This document shows positions 50,758 through 61,103 of a stretch of DNA of 64,000 bases, in pieces. Position 1 is the stretch's first letter. The number at the start of each line of letters is the position of its first letter. Both the position numbers and the translations under genes were made by a program. Below the pieces are notes generated by a model that saw only the letters and a list, made by a program, of their open reading frames with translations, was not told the origin of the DNA and made no database searches. Where the stretch lies: the NCBI GenBank assembly GCA_963834935.1, contig CAWIDS010000001.1:367642-431641 (forward strand). Reading direction: 5' to 3'. The stretch is from Candidatus Nomurabacteria bacterium (GTDB lineage: Bacteria > Patescibacteriota > Minisyncoccia > Phycocordibacterales > CALRBL01).

Positions 50758-51438
50758 ATGATAAATTTCGACAACGTCTCAAAAATATACTCCGATAACA
50801 CCACTGCCCTTGATAATATTTCCTTCAGGATTGCTCCGAAGGAATTCGTCTCCATCGTGGGACAGTCGGGGGCAGGCAAGACCACCATCATCAAGATGAT
50901 TCTCGGCGAGGAAAAGCCCACCTACGGCTCCGTCCATTATGAGGAAACGGACATCCACTCCCTTAATCGTAAGGAAATGAACGAATACCGCCGGAAAATC
51001 GGCACCGTCTTCCAGGACTTCCGTCTCTTGGCTCACAAGAATGTCTTCGAGAACATTTCGTTCGCCATGGAGGCGGCCGGAAGGACGGAAGAGGAGATAG
51101 TCGTCGACGTGCCTCATGTCCTTGAGCTTGTTGATCTCGGCAACAAGATCTGGAATTTTCCCTATCAGCTGTCGGGAGGAGAGAAGCAGCGAGTAGCCAT
51201 TGCCCGGGCTCTCGTTAATCAGCCGGACATCATCATTGCCGACGAGCCGACAGGAAACCTCGATCCGCTCAATACCTACGAAATCATCCAGATCCTGAAG
51301 AAGATCAATGATCTCGGCACCACAGTGGTGTTGACGACCCACAATAAGGGGGTGATCGATTCACTCGGCAAGCGCGTCATTACCATGGAGCGTGGTAAGA
51401 TAGTGCGTGACGACAAGAAAGGCACGTATATTCTGTAA
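50758..51438 (+). CDS. ftsE: Cell division ATP-binding protein FtsE
   Basis: GQSGAGKT, VFQDFRLL, LSGGEKQR, DEPTGNLD. Confidence 0.93.
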   Translation: MINFDNVSKIYSDNTTALDNISFRIAPKEFVSIVGQSGAGKTTIIKMILGEEKPTYGSVHYEETDIHSLNRKEMNEYRRKIGTVFQDFRLLAHKNVFENISFAMEAAGRTEEEIVVDVPHVLELVDLGNKIWNFPYQLSGGEKQRVAIARALVNQPDIIIADEPTGNLDPLNTYEIIQILKKINDLGTTVVLTTHNKGVIDSLGKRVITMERGKIVRDDKKGTYIL

Positions 51439-51450
51439 TAAATCATAAAA

Positions 51451-52377
51451 ATGTTCTGGACCAAAGTAAAAAGAATAATCAAGGCAGGGTGGGTGAGCTT
51501 CGTGCGAAACGGCTCGGTATCCCTTGCCTCGACTCTGGTGATGACGGTTACCCTTTCGGTCATCACCTCGCTCGTCTTTACCGGCGCCCTTCTCCAGTCG
51601 ACTCTTAACGGCATCAAGGAGAAAGTGGACATCAATATCTATTTCGACAATAGCGCTACCGACGATCAGATAATGGCTTTCAAGAAGGCGCTCGATGCCC
51701 AGCCGGAAGTGGCCGCCACCACATATACCACTGCCGACCAGGCTCTTGCCAATTTCCGTGCCCGCCATCAGGACAATGCCTTGCTCATGAGCGCTCTCGA
51801 TGAAGTCGGAGGCAATCCTCTCGAGCCGACCATTAATGTCAAAGCCAAGGACCCTTCTCAATACCAGACTCTCGCCGATTTCATCCAGACGGAGAACGCT
51901 TCCGGCAACAATACCGTCGGCATCGTCAAGAAAGTGAGCTATGAGCAGAACAAGGACGCTATAGACGCCCTCGACCGCATCATTCATTCATCCGAACGCC
52001 TCGGTATCGTCATCGCCCTTTTCTTCATTTTGGTTTCCATTCTCATCACTTTTAATACCGTACGCCTCGCTATTTACGTCTCGCGCGATGAGATTTCTGT
52101 CATGCGCCTGGTGGGAGCGTCCGCACGCTATATCAAGGGGCCGTTTCTCGTCGTTGGAATCATTTACGGTATAGTCGGCGCTATTATCACCTTGCTCATC
52201 GCTTATCCTGTGGCCTATTGGCTCGGCCCCATCACTTACAACCTCGGCACCGGCTTGAATATCTTCACATATTATCTCAGCAACTTCCTTGAGATCGCTG
52301 CAGTCGTCTTCGGCGCAGGAATCATCTTCGGCGCCATCTCCAGCTACTTGGCAGTGGAGAAATATATCAAAGTCTAG
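51451..52377 (+). CDS. ftsX: Cell division permease FtsX
   Basis: NTVRLAI...EISVMRLVGAS...GPF; follows ftsE. Confidence 0.93.
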   Translation: MFWTKVKRIIKAGWVSFVRNGSVSLASTLVMTVTLSVITSLVFTGALLQSTLNGIKEKVDINIYFDNSATDDQIMAFKKALDAQPEVAATTYTTADQALANFRARHQDNALLMSALDEVGGNPLEPTINVKAKDPSQYQTLADFIQTENASGNNTVGIVKKVSYEQNKDAIDALDRIIHSSERLGIVIALFFILVSILITFNTVRLAIYVSRDEISVMRLVGASARYIKGPFLVVGIIYGIVGAIITLLIAYPVAYWLGPITYNLGTGLNIFTYYLSNFLEIAAVVFGAGIIFGAISSYLAVEKYIKV

Positions 52378-52451
52378 CTTGAAAAATGAAATATAAAAAA
52401 GCCGCACGTCCCTGTGAGGGGAAGTGCGGCGTAGTCAGCCGGACGAATTGC

Positions 52452-53117
52452 TTAAGCTGGAATGCCTTGAGGAGAATCTCCGGGCTTGAAGACGTAGAAG
52501 TAGCTTTTCGGTTCAAGAGGAAAACCAAGTTCGTTCATGACGTCATAGAGATCGTCAAAAAGGGATCCCTTTCTTCCGTCAATCATCTCTTCAGCGGCTC
52601 GTTTCAGCATGCCACCGAGCTCGCGGGCGACGATGTTGTCATCGATGACCACAGTAGCTGGATGTCGGAGCAGCGAATCGAAATTCGGGTGCTCTACAAC
52701 CTTTACTGCCAGCACCTTGACGAAGCCGCTGCGCTTCAATTTTTTCCGTACTGTCCGCCATTTTCTGGCCAGGTCGAGGCAGTCCTCATTCAACTTCGGA
52801 TGCTTCAGGCTGATCCACAATACGTAACAGTCAAAACCGACGATGTCGAGGTCTCCGATATGCAAAAGGCTTGCCAGCTTGAGTCCTGAATGGAACCATA
52901 ATCCGAACATCAGCAGGCCGAAGGCCAGGAAGATGAGGGACTGGATGATATGCGTTCGCCGGCTGTTGGCCATAGCGAGATATTCTTCTGCAGATCTGTC
53001 GATCAGATCGTCGTCGGCTTGTGCCCGAGCGAAAAGAAGCCCGAGCAGGTTGAAGGTTGATAGTGTCGCTTTCTCGAGAGAGAAAGCCCGTTGCGGGTTA
53101 GGAGTCAAAGAGCTCAT
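52452..53117 (-). CDS. Orphan 2-TM protein, paralog 1
   Basis: Shares RSAEEYLAM-NSR and W...SGF motifs with neighbour; own promoter and terminator. Confidence 0.7.
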   Translation of the reverse strand: MSSLTPNPQRAFSLEKATLSTFNLLGLLFARAQADDDLIDRSAEEYLAMANSRRTHIIQSLIFLAFGLLMFGLWFHSGLKLASLLHIGDLDIVGFDCYVLWISLKHPKLNEDCLDLARKWRTVRKKLKRSGFVKVLAVKVVEHPNFDSLLRHPATVVIDDNIVARELGGMLKRAAEEMIDGRKGSLFDDLYDVMNELGFPLEPKSYFYVFKPGDSPQGIPA

Positions 53118-53226
53118 ACGGCTTGAAATAGTACTTCACTTAAGTTGTTTTGTCAATGATAATGAATTAAAAAATGACTGCACCGGCAAGGTGCAGTCAT
53201 GGGTCCTGAAATGAAATCCAGCCGAA

Positions 53227-53949
53227 TTACGAGCCGGACGATGTCGGCGCAAGCACCGTGTCGTCCTCTAAGTAATACGCTATCGGACGGACAGCAAAGC
53301 CGACATCGCGAGCAAACTCGTAAATATCGCTGAACGTATCGATGAGCTCTTCACAGTGTTCCTGGAATTCTTCCTTTCTTTCCTCTACGCGGATCATCTC
53401 CGACAGCTCCAGCAGTTTTTTGAAGAACAGTTCGCTGAACATCACCTCAAGAGCATCGGGCTGCACCGGCTGGTGCAGCTCGTCTTGGATGTCGGGAGAC
53501 GACGTTCGAATGATTTCTGCAAGCTCGCTCGCAAAGCCGCTCTGAACAAGTTTTATTTGCACCGTTTTCCAGTATCTTGCCACAGCACGGACATTCTCAT
53601 CCGGGCACGGGCACGTGGAGCGAAATTGCAGGATCCAGGTGACAATGGCGGCGTCGAAGAAAAATGAGGCGTAGGAGAATCTCGCGTTTTTGGTCCACAG
53701 CCCGAGACTGATACAGGCGACAAGCGCCAAGACAAGAAACGCGGCGCAGATCATCTGGTTCCACCTCGAATTGACCATGGCGAGGTATTCTTCCGCCGAT
53801 CGCGCTGAGGCAATCTGGATGTTGATGGAGCTCACCTTGTTGATCATCTCGCGGCTGAACCTCAAGCCGAAGAGGTTGAGGATTGCGTGGCGCGCCTCCT
53901 TTTTGGTGAAGACGCGCATTTCATTAGGTTCAGTATTTAAAGGTCTCAT
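53227..53949 (-). CDS. Orphan 2-TM protein, paralog 2
   Basis: RSAEEYLAMVNSR, YWKTVQIKLVQSGF; own promoter and terminator. Confidence 0.7.
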   Translation of the reverse strand: MRPLNTEPNEMRVFTKKEARHAILNLFGLRFSREMINKVSSINIQIASARSAEEYLAMVNSRWNQMICAAFLVLALVACISLGLWTKNARFSYASFFFDAAIVTWILQFRSTCPCPDENVRAVARYWKTVQIKLVQSGFASELAEIIRTSSPDIQDELHQPVQPDALEVMFSELFFKKLLELSEMIRVEERKEEFQEHCEELIDTFSDIYEFARDVGFAVRPIAYYLEDDTVLAPTSSGS

Positions 53950-54040
53950 ATGTGCATATATCCACTAAACAAATTACGTCGATAGGCTCATTTTGTCAAT
54001 AAAAAAGCCCCGCTGGGGCGGGGCTGTTCATGCGCATGTA

Positions 54041-54753
54041 TTACGCATGAACTTCGAATCTCATATTCCAGGTGACTTGTCTGAAGCAGAGGACGTCCTC
54101 TTTTGCTGCGGCAAGCTGCCGTGTCCTCCTGCTTCGTTCCATGACATTACCGGCGTGAAGGCGCCATTCGCCGGGATCAATGAGCTGTGTGATCTCGGAG
54201 TCGATCCAAGTAATCCTTGTCTCGATGCAATCTTCGACGATCTCGATGAGAAGCGGGATTTCTTCTTCACGCGTCGCCAGGACGCGCGAGGGAATCTTTT
54301 TGCCCCGGATCTTTTGGGCTATTTCCGCCACGATTCCGCCGCGGAGCGCACACTTCCTCATTCTCGACCATTCTTTCCCCACCATGCGCTCCGTCTTGCT
54401 GACGTATATTTCACGCTTGGTGGGGAAGAAATAATCAAAGAAGAAGGCGGCGATCAAGAACAGCAGCGCAAACACCGAGGGTGTAACGATGTAGTTCGGC
54501 AGTGGATGGTTTCCCTTATTGATGTATGTTATTGCCCCAAGGACAAGAGCCAATACCGCTACAGCGGAGAGGAAGACAGCGGTCCTTTTCCGCCATCTGA
54601 GCACCTTGTTCCGGGACTTTTCAGCATTCAGGCCGAAGTTTTTCAGATAGCCTCCCCAGCGGGCTTCAGCCCACAGGTAAGCGAAGTAGCAGCCGAGGAT
54701 TTCCAGGCCTTCGCCTCGGAGTCCTCTCCTTTAGGTTTGGGTTCGTGTGTCAT
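54041..54753 (-). CDS. Orphan 2-TM protein, distant paralog 3; 1-bp frameshift near 54706
   Basis: ATG at 54753 after TTGACA-N17-CATAAT; downstream frame open to ~54730; EWSRMRKCALRGGIVAEIA motif. Confidence 0.55.
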
Positions 54754-54839
54754 AAAATGTGCTTCTAGGCGGATTATGCCCCTCGAAAGTAAAAGTGTCA
54801 ACAGGAAGCAGCTAGCCGGCTGTGATAAAATAAAATTCA

Positions 54840-56507
54840 ATGAAAAAACACAAATATATTTTCGTTGTCGGAGGAGTGATGTCCGGAGTCGGAAAGGGAA
54901 TCACCACCTCCTCTATCGGAACAATATTTGAAGCTAAAGGTTACAAAGTAAATATCGTAAAAGCAGATCCCTATTTGAACGTCGACGCAGGAACTATGAA
55001 CCCCACCGAACACGGTGAGGTTTTTGTTTTGAATTCCGGACTGGAGACTGATCAAGATATGGGAAATTACGAACGCTTCATGAATCGCGATCTGACCGCC
55101 GACGACTACATGACTTCCGGCATGGTCTACAAGCACGTCATCGACAAGGAGCGGGCACTCGGTTTCAAAGGCAAGTGCATCGACGCCGACAACATCCGCG
55201 ACGAGATCGTCCATCGCTACGAGAACGCGGCGCGTACCAATCGTTCTGACATTTCGATTATTGAGATCGGAGGAACGGTGGGGGACTATCAGAACATCAT
55301 GTTCATCGAAGCCGCCCGTGTTTTGAAATTGAAACAGCCGGACGACGTGGTCTTCATGATGGTTTCGTACTTGCCGATTCCTGGCAAGCTCGGTGAAATG
55401 AAATCGAAACCCACCCAGAATGCCATCCGCCAATTGCAGTCGCACGGCGTGCAGGCGGATTTCATCATCGCCCGAAGCGACAGGCCTCTCGACAAGAAGC
55501 GCAAGGAAAAGATTGCCTTTTCGTGCAGTGTGCCTGCGGAAAATGTCATCTCCGCTCCCGACATCGAAAGCATCTACGACGTACCTCTCAATTTCGAGCG
55601 CGATCACATCGGCGAGATGCTTTCTAAGGCTCTCGGTATTAACGGCAGGAAAGTCAATCTGAATGAATGGAAAAAGTTCGTCGGCAAGGTCAAATCAGCC
55701 AAGAAAAAAGTGAATATCGTCGTTGTGGGAAAATATTTCGACACAGGTGATTTTGTTTTGTCCGACGCGTATGTATCCGTCATCGAAGCGATCAAATTCT
55801 CCTCGTATCATCAGGGAGTGAAGCCGATTCTCACTTGGGTCAATGCCAAGGATTTCGAAAAGAAAAGCCCGCAGGCCATCAAGAAGCTGCTTCAGACCAA
55901 GCTCGGCAAAGCGGACGGCATCCTGGTGCCTGGCGGCTTCGGCGAGACGGGCATTGAAGGCATGATAAACGTCATCCAGTTCGCCCGCGAGAAGAAGATT
56001 CCGTATCTCGGCCTCTGCTACGGCATGCAATTATTGGTCATCGAATTCGCACGGCACGTCGCTCACATGAAAGATGCCCACACTTCGGAGATTGATCCGC
56101 AGAGCAAACATCTGGTCATCGACATCATGGAACATCAGAAAAAACATCTCGCAGAAGGAAGATATGGAGCCTCGATGCGCCTCGGCTCGTATCCCTGCAT
56201 CCTGAAGAAGGGAAGCATTGCCGAGACCGCCTACCGCACCGCCGGCTGGATCAAGAATGGAAAGATCGACGAGCGCCACCGCCACCGCTATGAAGTGAAT
56301 GCTACGTTCATCAACCACCTGGTCACCGCCGGCCTGACCTTCTCCGGAACTTCTCCTGACAGTGCGCTGATGGAAATCGCCGAACTGCCGAAATCAAAGC
56401 ATCCCTTCTTCCTCGGCGCTCAGTTCCATCCCGAATTCCTGGCCCGCCCTTTGCGCCCGCATCCGCTGTTCAGCGAGTTTATAAAAGTTGCAGGGAAGGG
56501 AAAATAA
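54840..56507 (+). CDS. pyrG: CTP synthase
   Basis: GGVMSGVGKG, DPYLNVDAGTMNP, GLCYGMQ, QFHPEF. Confidence 0.98.
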   Translation: MKKHKYIFVVGGVMSGVGKGITTSSIGTIFEAKGYKVNIVKADPYLNVDAGTMNPTEHGEVFVLNSGLETDQDMGNYERFMNRDLTADDYMTSGMVYKHVIDKERALGFKGKCIDADNIRDEIVHRYENAARTNRSDISIIEIGGTVGDYQNIMFIEAARVLKLKQPDDVVFMMVSYLPIPGKLGEMKSKPTQNAIRQLQSHGVQADFIIARSDRPLDKKRKEKIAFSCSVPAENVISAPDIESIYDVPLNFERDHIGEMLSKALGINGRKVNLNEWKKFVGKVKSAKKKVNIVVVGKYFDTGDFVLSDAYVSVIEAIKFSSYHQGVKPILTWVNAKDFEKKSPQAIKKLLQTKLGKADGILVPGGFGETGIEGMINVIQFAREKKIPYLGLCYGMQLLVIEFARHVAHMKDAHTSEIDPQSKHLVIDIMEHQKKHLAEGRYGASMRLGSYPCILKKGSIAETAYRTAGWIKNGKIDERHRHRYEVNATFINHLVTAGLTFSGTSPDSALMEIAELPKSKHPFFLGAQFHPEFLARPLRPHPLFSEFIKVAGKGK

Positions 56508-56563
56508 CGTTATTGTAGGCAAGCAGTTTTATCGGCCCTATGTTACTAATCTGGGCCAAACAT

Positions 56564-56637
56564 TGCGGGATCGTCTAATGGTAGGACTACAGATTCTGGA
56601 TCTGTGTATCTTGGTTCGAGTCCAAGTCCCGCAGCCA
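56564..56637 (+). tRNA. tRNA-Gln(CTG)
   Basis: Cloverleaf TGCGGGA/TCCCGCA-G-CCA; loop TT-CTG-GA. Confidence 0.95.
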
Positions 56638-56734
56638 ACACGTGCTAGCACATTTGTCAAGAGTAACTCGTGCGCACTAGTCGCGTCTGAAAAGTAATCA
56701 TCTAACTGAGATTTGTTGCTATAATACTAGGTAT

Positions 56735-57016
56735 ATGGAAAAACCTAATTCCGCATTACTGGAAGAAAATATGAAAGCTTCTGGATCAGACTCTGAAGTG
56801 TCAGGAGAAAAAGAGGTCTCAGAAGCAGAAAACAGTCATACAGAATTAGTAAAATTTAGCAAAAGATATTCTCACGAAGGTCGTCAAAAGATAGCTGAAG
56901 AAATAAAGGAGTTACGTTTTCAGTATTTTAAAAAGGAAAAAGGAAATCCTGAACGTCAAAAAACTATTGATGAACAAGAAAAAAGTATCGAGGTACTTCA
57001 AAAAGAAAAAGAACAA
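56735..57016 (+). pseudogene. AT-rich Glu/Lys-rich gene truncated by IS insertion
   Basis: ORF runs into IS terminal repeat at 57017. Confidence 0.6.
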
Positions 57017-57034
57017 TGTACCGGACCCCTTTCT

Positions 57035-57856
57035 TTAGACACTCATTCTACTCACTAAGTTTAACTCTTTTTTCTGTATTTTCGCAAATTCTGACGGAGA
57101 CATTTTAAGTGCGGAATGTATGCGGCTTTGATTGTAGTAGTGGATCAGTCGGTACATTTCTGAGACGAGTTCACCGAGTGTTTTGAATCGGGAAGGATCT
57201 CCAAGCTCCACCTTGAATTTGTCATAGAACGATTCCTGGTAGCCGTTCTCCCATGGACAGCCGGGAGCTGAACGGGAAATGGATACTCCGACTGTTTGCA
57301 ATGCTCCAACAAATGTCTCCGAATTGTACTCACTGCCATTGTCGGAGTGAAATATTTCCGGTCTTGAATTTGAAAGCATCGCATTCATCAAGGCTGACAA
57401 GGTCAGTTGCACCGAATGGTTGGTGTAGACCGACACACCAACCACTTTCCTGGTGAACAAGTCCTCAACGGTTGCCACATACACAACCTTCCCTTGAAAA
57501 GGAATTCTGGTGAAGTCCGACACCCAGATATGGTTCTCGCATGAAGGGTATTCCGTCAACAACAGATTGGGGTAAGTGACCTTGATATTCCTTGTTTTCT
57601 TCCATTTTCTGCCACGCCTGCGATATGCTTTGATGCCGAATATGCTCATGACTCTTTGAACAGGTTTTCGGTTCATTTTGAGGTGGATAGCAATCCTTCT
57701 TGAGCCGTATGAGGGATGCTCCCTGAGGGTTTCCTCAATCCGGCACTTCAGCACCCAATCCCTGTCAGGTTTCTTTGGCTTGTAGTACAAAGTGCCTCGA
57801 GAAACGCCAAGCTCCCTGGCAAGCGTTGATTTGTCAGAAGATTTCATACTCCTCAA
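57035..57856 (-). CDS. IS3 transposase OrfB (DDE integrase core)
   Basis: YGSRRI, WVSDFT, HSDNGSEY, ENGYQESF, YNQSRIHSAL. Confidence 0.93.
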   Translation of the reverse strand: MRSMKSSDKSTLARELGVSRGTLYYKPKKPDRDWVLKCRIEETLREHPSYGSRRIAIHLKMNRKPVQRVMSIFGIKAYRRRGRKWKKTRNIKVTYPNLLLTEYPSCENHIWVSDFTRIPFQGKVVYVATVEDLFTRKVVGVSVYTNHSVQLTLSALMNAMLSNSRPEIFHSDNGSEYNSETFVGALQTVGVSISRSAPGCPWENGYQESFYDKFKVELGDPSRFKTLGELVSEMYRLIHYYNQSRIHSALKMSPSEFAKIQKKELNLVSRMSV

Positions 57857-58105
57857 TTCTTTTTTTGGGATTCAGACAGCTTGAGAGTCATCTCTCCAAC
57901 CAGTTCAAGAAGAGCTTTGTTTTCCTTTCTGAGTCGTGCCATCTCGGCATACGAGGGACCGTCCGCCGAGCCTCCCAGCCACTTGTATATGGTGTGGGTG
58001 GGAAACTCCGTGGTCTTTAGCCGCTTCCGCTACCGATATGCCATCATTTTTAATCCTACCTAAAACCTGCTCCTTTACTTCGGGAGCGATACGATATTTC
58101 TTCAT
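57853..58105 (-). CDS. IS3 OrfA (HTH + leucine zipper) with extra base at ~58000-58002; A-AAA-AAG -1 slippery site at ~57859-57866
   Basis: Corrected reading ...HGVSTHTIYKWLG...LRKENKALLELVGEMTL...QKKN*. Confidence 0.75.
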
Positions 58106-58173
58106 GTATGTATTCTACAAATTAGCTGTTAATTGTGTAGAAGGGGTGTTTAAAATTTGGGGACCGGGTCACT

Positions 58174-58542
58174 ACCACTTCAGTCTTCGAGACCGTATGG
58201 GAGAAATACAGAAAGATCATGCTGAGCATTCTCAAGAGGGACAAGGAGACGTTCCTCTGCTACCGGGATGACAGGATTCCCATCATGATCCATCTCCTTA
58301 TCCTCGTTATGTCACTTCCGGTGCTCATCATCATCTCCCTGCTCGAATACAAGTCTGCCTGGACGGGCACCACCTGCGTCTTCTTCGTATCGTTCGCCCT
58401 GTCCTTGTATTGGGTAGTAGTAACCGAACTGCAGAATCCCTCAAAGAGCCTATGGTTCGTGGAACGTGTTCCCGATGAATGGTTGACGATAGACATTGAT
58501 ATGCACTTCAAATTGGCAGAGGAGGAGAAAAACCAAAAGTGA
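58174..58542 (+). pseudogene. 5'-truncated membrane protein remnant abutting IS end
   Basis: Frame open back to IS boundary; two TM segments; terminator 58548-58580. Confidence 0.5.
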
Positions 58543-58753
58543 ACCTACGACCGAGAGCTATGGAGCTCCGGTCTTTTTTATTTACTTCCCTTCACCACTA
58601 TCCGAACATCCTCCCACGTGCGGAGCAGGATCTATAGCCAATTTTTCTACAATATCTAAAATATGAGGATAATACTCTGTCTTTAGGGTTGCAATGAGTG
58701 TTTGTAATAACCACGGGACCGTTCCTCTCACTGTGTAAATAAGTCTAGGATCT

Positions 58754-58903
58754 TCACCTTCTTCGATCCTTAGACCCATCAACAGAAATAGCCCCGCATT
58801 CGCATGAGGTTAAATTGCTGTGCGTTTCAAAATGAATTTCAGTACCGCATTTCTTGCACTTAATGTAGGTTTCTGTTTTGTTTTGGTTTGCAACGGGATT
58901 CAT
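58754..58903 (-). CDS. Small zinc-ribbon protein (49 aa)
   Basis: Hand translation MNPV...IKCKKCGTEI...SCECGAISVDG; starts 4 nt after ATPase stop. Confidence 0.55.
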   Translation of the reverse strand: MNPVANQNKTETYIKCKKCGTEIHFETHSNLTSCECGAISVDGSKDRRR

Positions 58904-58907
58904 AAGA

Positions 58908-60191
58908 TTATTTTTTGTTCAGATCAAGCAACCATTCGTACAAAGGCTTAAACACAATCGTCACATCGTCTTTCTTAACCTCACGCTTATCATTCCACGT
59001 CAAAATAGTAAGCTTATTCACATTGAGCTCCTTCCCAGCCTCAACAAGTGCCCGTACTTCTCTCTGCTCGACTTCTGGGTTGCTTGCCTCGTAGCAGACC
59101 TGTATAAGCTCGAGTACTTCATTTCCTTTCTTAACAACAAAATCAACCTCTTTTTGGTTTCGAGTATGGTAATAAAACAATTCTCTACCAGGCTCATTGC
59201 CTTGCTTTACCAATTCGGTAAAAACAAGGTTTTCCATCAGCTTGCCATTGTTTGGAGAATGCTGGACCGCCTTTGCCGCCACAAATCCGTTATCAACCAC
59301 GTATGCTTTCTTTGGAGATCGCAACCGGAGACCTACTTTGGCTGAGAATCGATTCAGAGTGAATATCAAATACGCTTCGGTAAGATATCCGAGATACTTT
59401 TCTATAGTAGTCCCGCTCTTTGATCCAAGTGCCAACGCCATCTTCCGTATGCTGTAGAGCGAGGTGAAATTATTTACGAGATACGTTCCAAGACCGTCTA
59501 TCTGTCCGGAAAATCGCACATGATGCCTTCGCACCACATCCTTAAAAAGGAGTGAATCAAAAAGCACATCAAGATAGCCTCGAGGATCAACGTCTTTAAG
59601 CACGACTTCGGGATAACCACCGTTTGTCATGTATTGGTTAAGAATCTGCAAAAGCTGTCCGGACCCAGTCGGAGAAGCGAGATTTCCCTCGGTAAGTTGA
59701 AATCCTTTAGCTTTCAGTATTTCATTGAAATCAAAAGGCAATATCTGTATCGGTATATGTCGTCCCGTAAGTGCCGTAGCCAGTTCTTTTGAAAGCAATC
59801 GAGCGTTCGATCCGGTAATAACCAGATTATATCCTTCACGATGAAGCCTGTTTACGAATAATTCCCATTTCGGTAAGTTTTGTATTTCATCAAAGAGAAT
59901 ATATTTCGTATCTCCATAGGCAAGTTTTAATTCTTGCATCAACTCATTGAGGTCGAGCTGATCTTCACCAGGAAGCGATTCGTCATCAAAATTAAAATAG
60001 GCAAAAGACTGATCCTTGAGCAGCATCAGCGAAAATACGGACTTGCCTGCGCGGCGTGGTCCGAGAATAACTTTTATAAGGTCAGATGAGAGCCATTTTT
60101 TAGCCTCTTTTTCCTTGGTTCGCTCTATGTAAGGAAGTGACAAAAGTCGCTCTTTTTCCTCTTTTTGTTTTAAAACAGTCGTTTTTAGCAT
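58908..60191 (-). CDS. AAA+ ATPase (AAA_14) with DUF4143/PD-(D/E)xK-like C-terminus
   Basis: GPRRAGKS, FDEIQ, TGSN, GGYP, KAYVVDNG, EVDFVV. Confidence 0.88.
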   Translation of the reverse strand: MLKTTVLKQKEEKERLLSLPYIERTKEKEAKKWLSSDLIKVILGPRRAGKSVFSLMLLKDQSFAYFNFDDESLPGEDQLDLNELMQELKLAYGDTKYILFDEIQNLPKWELFVNRLHREGYNLVITGSNARLLSKELATALTGRHIPIQILPFDFNEILKAKGFQLTEGNLASPTGSGQLLQILNQYMTNGGYPEVVLKDVDPRGYLDVLFDSLLFKDVVRRHHVRFSGQIDGLGTYLVNNFTSLYSIRKMALALGSKSGTTIEKYLGYLTEAYLIFTLNRFSAKVGLRLRSPKKAYVVDNGFVAAKAVQHSPNNGKLMENLVFTELVKQGNEPGRELFYYHTRNQKEVDFVVKKGNEVLELIQVCYEASNPEVEQREVRALVEAGKELNVNKLTILTWNDKREVKKDDVTIVFKPLYEWLLDLNKK

Positions 60192-60287
60192 AGTATTTTA
60201 GCTGTACTGGGCATAAATTGCCTTTTTTGCACAGTACAAGTATTATACTGGTCAAAAAGGAGAAAAACAAGCTATAATCGTCAACAT

Positions 60288-60593
60288 ATGGAAATCGAGT
60301 CAAAAGAGCACATTCTGGCCAAAAGAGGAGAAATCGAGCAGGAGCTTGCTGATTTTCTGGCGGAAACAAAAAGCGATTTTACCGTGGATCATATTAAGGA
60401 CATCATCTACAACGAGGATGGCCAGGACGACCTGACCGATGTCATTGCAATGTTTGACACAGGACAAGGTGCGGCAGAACTCGATTCTATTTTAGAATTA
60501 GTGAATGATGCTTGGAATTATTTTCCGCACAAGATCATCGGCGGCCTTTCGCCGGCGGAGAAGCTCTTGGAATATCGCGAGAATCAGAAATGA
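60288..60593 (+). CDS. Hypothetical protein (AWNYFPH motif)
   Basis: Acidic ORF, TATAAT 9 nt before ATG. Confidence 0.7.
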   Translation: MEIESKEHILAKRGEIEQELADFLAETKSDFTVDHIKDIIYNEDGQDDLTDVIAMFDTGQGAAELDSILELVNDAWNYFPHKIIGGLSPAEKLLEYRENQK

Positions 60594-60614
60594 TTTGCGT
60601 GCTAGAATATACGC

Positions 60615-61065
60615 ATGAAGCTCCGCAGTCTCGATATCGAAATCATCCATTTCTTCAGAAAAATATCCGAGCCGACAGCAAGGATCGGGTTGTTCGTGGT
60701 CTTTTTCTGGTTCGGAGCGTTGAAAGTATTTGGTGCAAGCCCTGCCACTCCGCTCGTACCGAGCTCTCTTTCAGCACACCATTCCGTTCATGCCCTTTTC
60801 CGTATTCATAGTCCTGTTCGGACTCTTTGAAATGCTTATCGGCCTTTTATTTCTATTCAAGGGATGCGAGCGCGTAGTGATCCCGCTCCTTTTCCTGCAC
60901 ATGATCACTACGTTCCTGCCGCTATTTCTCATCCCGCAGGAGACATGGTCGGGATTCCTCGTGCCAACGCTTGAAGGCCAGTACATTATCAAGAATCTCG
61001 TCATCATCGCGGCCGCCATCGGCATTGCGGCGCATTTGCATCCGATATCTCGACGTGGTCAATAG
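60615..61065 (+). CDS. DoxX/DUF417-like membrane protein, 1-bp frameshift at ~60759
   Basis: RIGLFVVFFWFGALK...SPA and TLEGQYIIKN lie in two overlapping frames. Confidence 0.7.
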
Positions 61066-61103
61066 CTATAGGCCCCGACTCGAATCTGTCATATAATTAC
61101 AGC

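Larger units (their letters stand above)
57017..58171 (-). mobile_element. IS3-family insertion sequence (1155 bp)
   Basis: TG...CA ends; imperfect 26-bp IRs TGTACCGGACCCC...TTTAGACAC / TGACCCGGTCCCC...TTTAAACAC; orfA + orfB. Confidence 0.9.

Noticed and set aside
53993-54931. 312-aa plus-strand ORF (and 52386-52889)
   Set aside because: Antisense to the paralog genes; crosses terminators and promoters and overlaps pyrG
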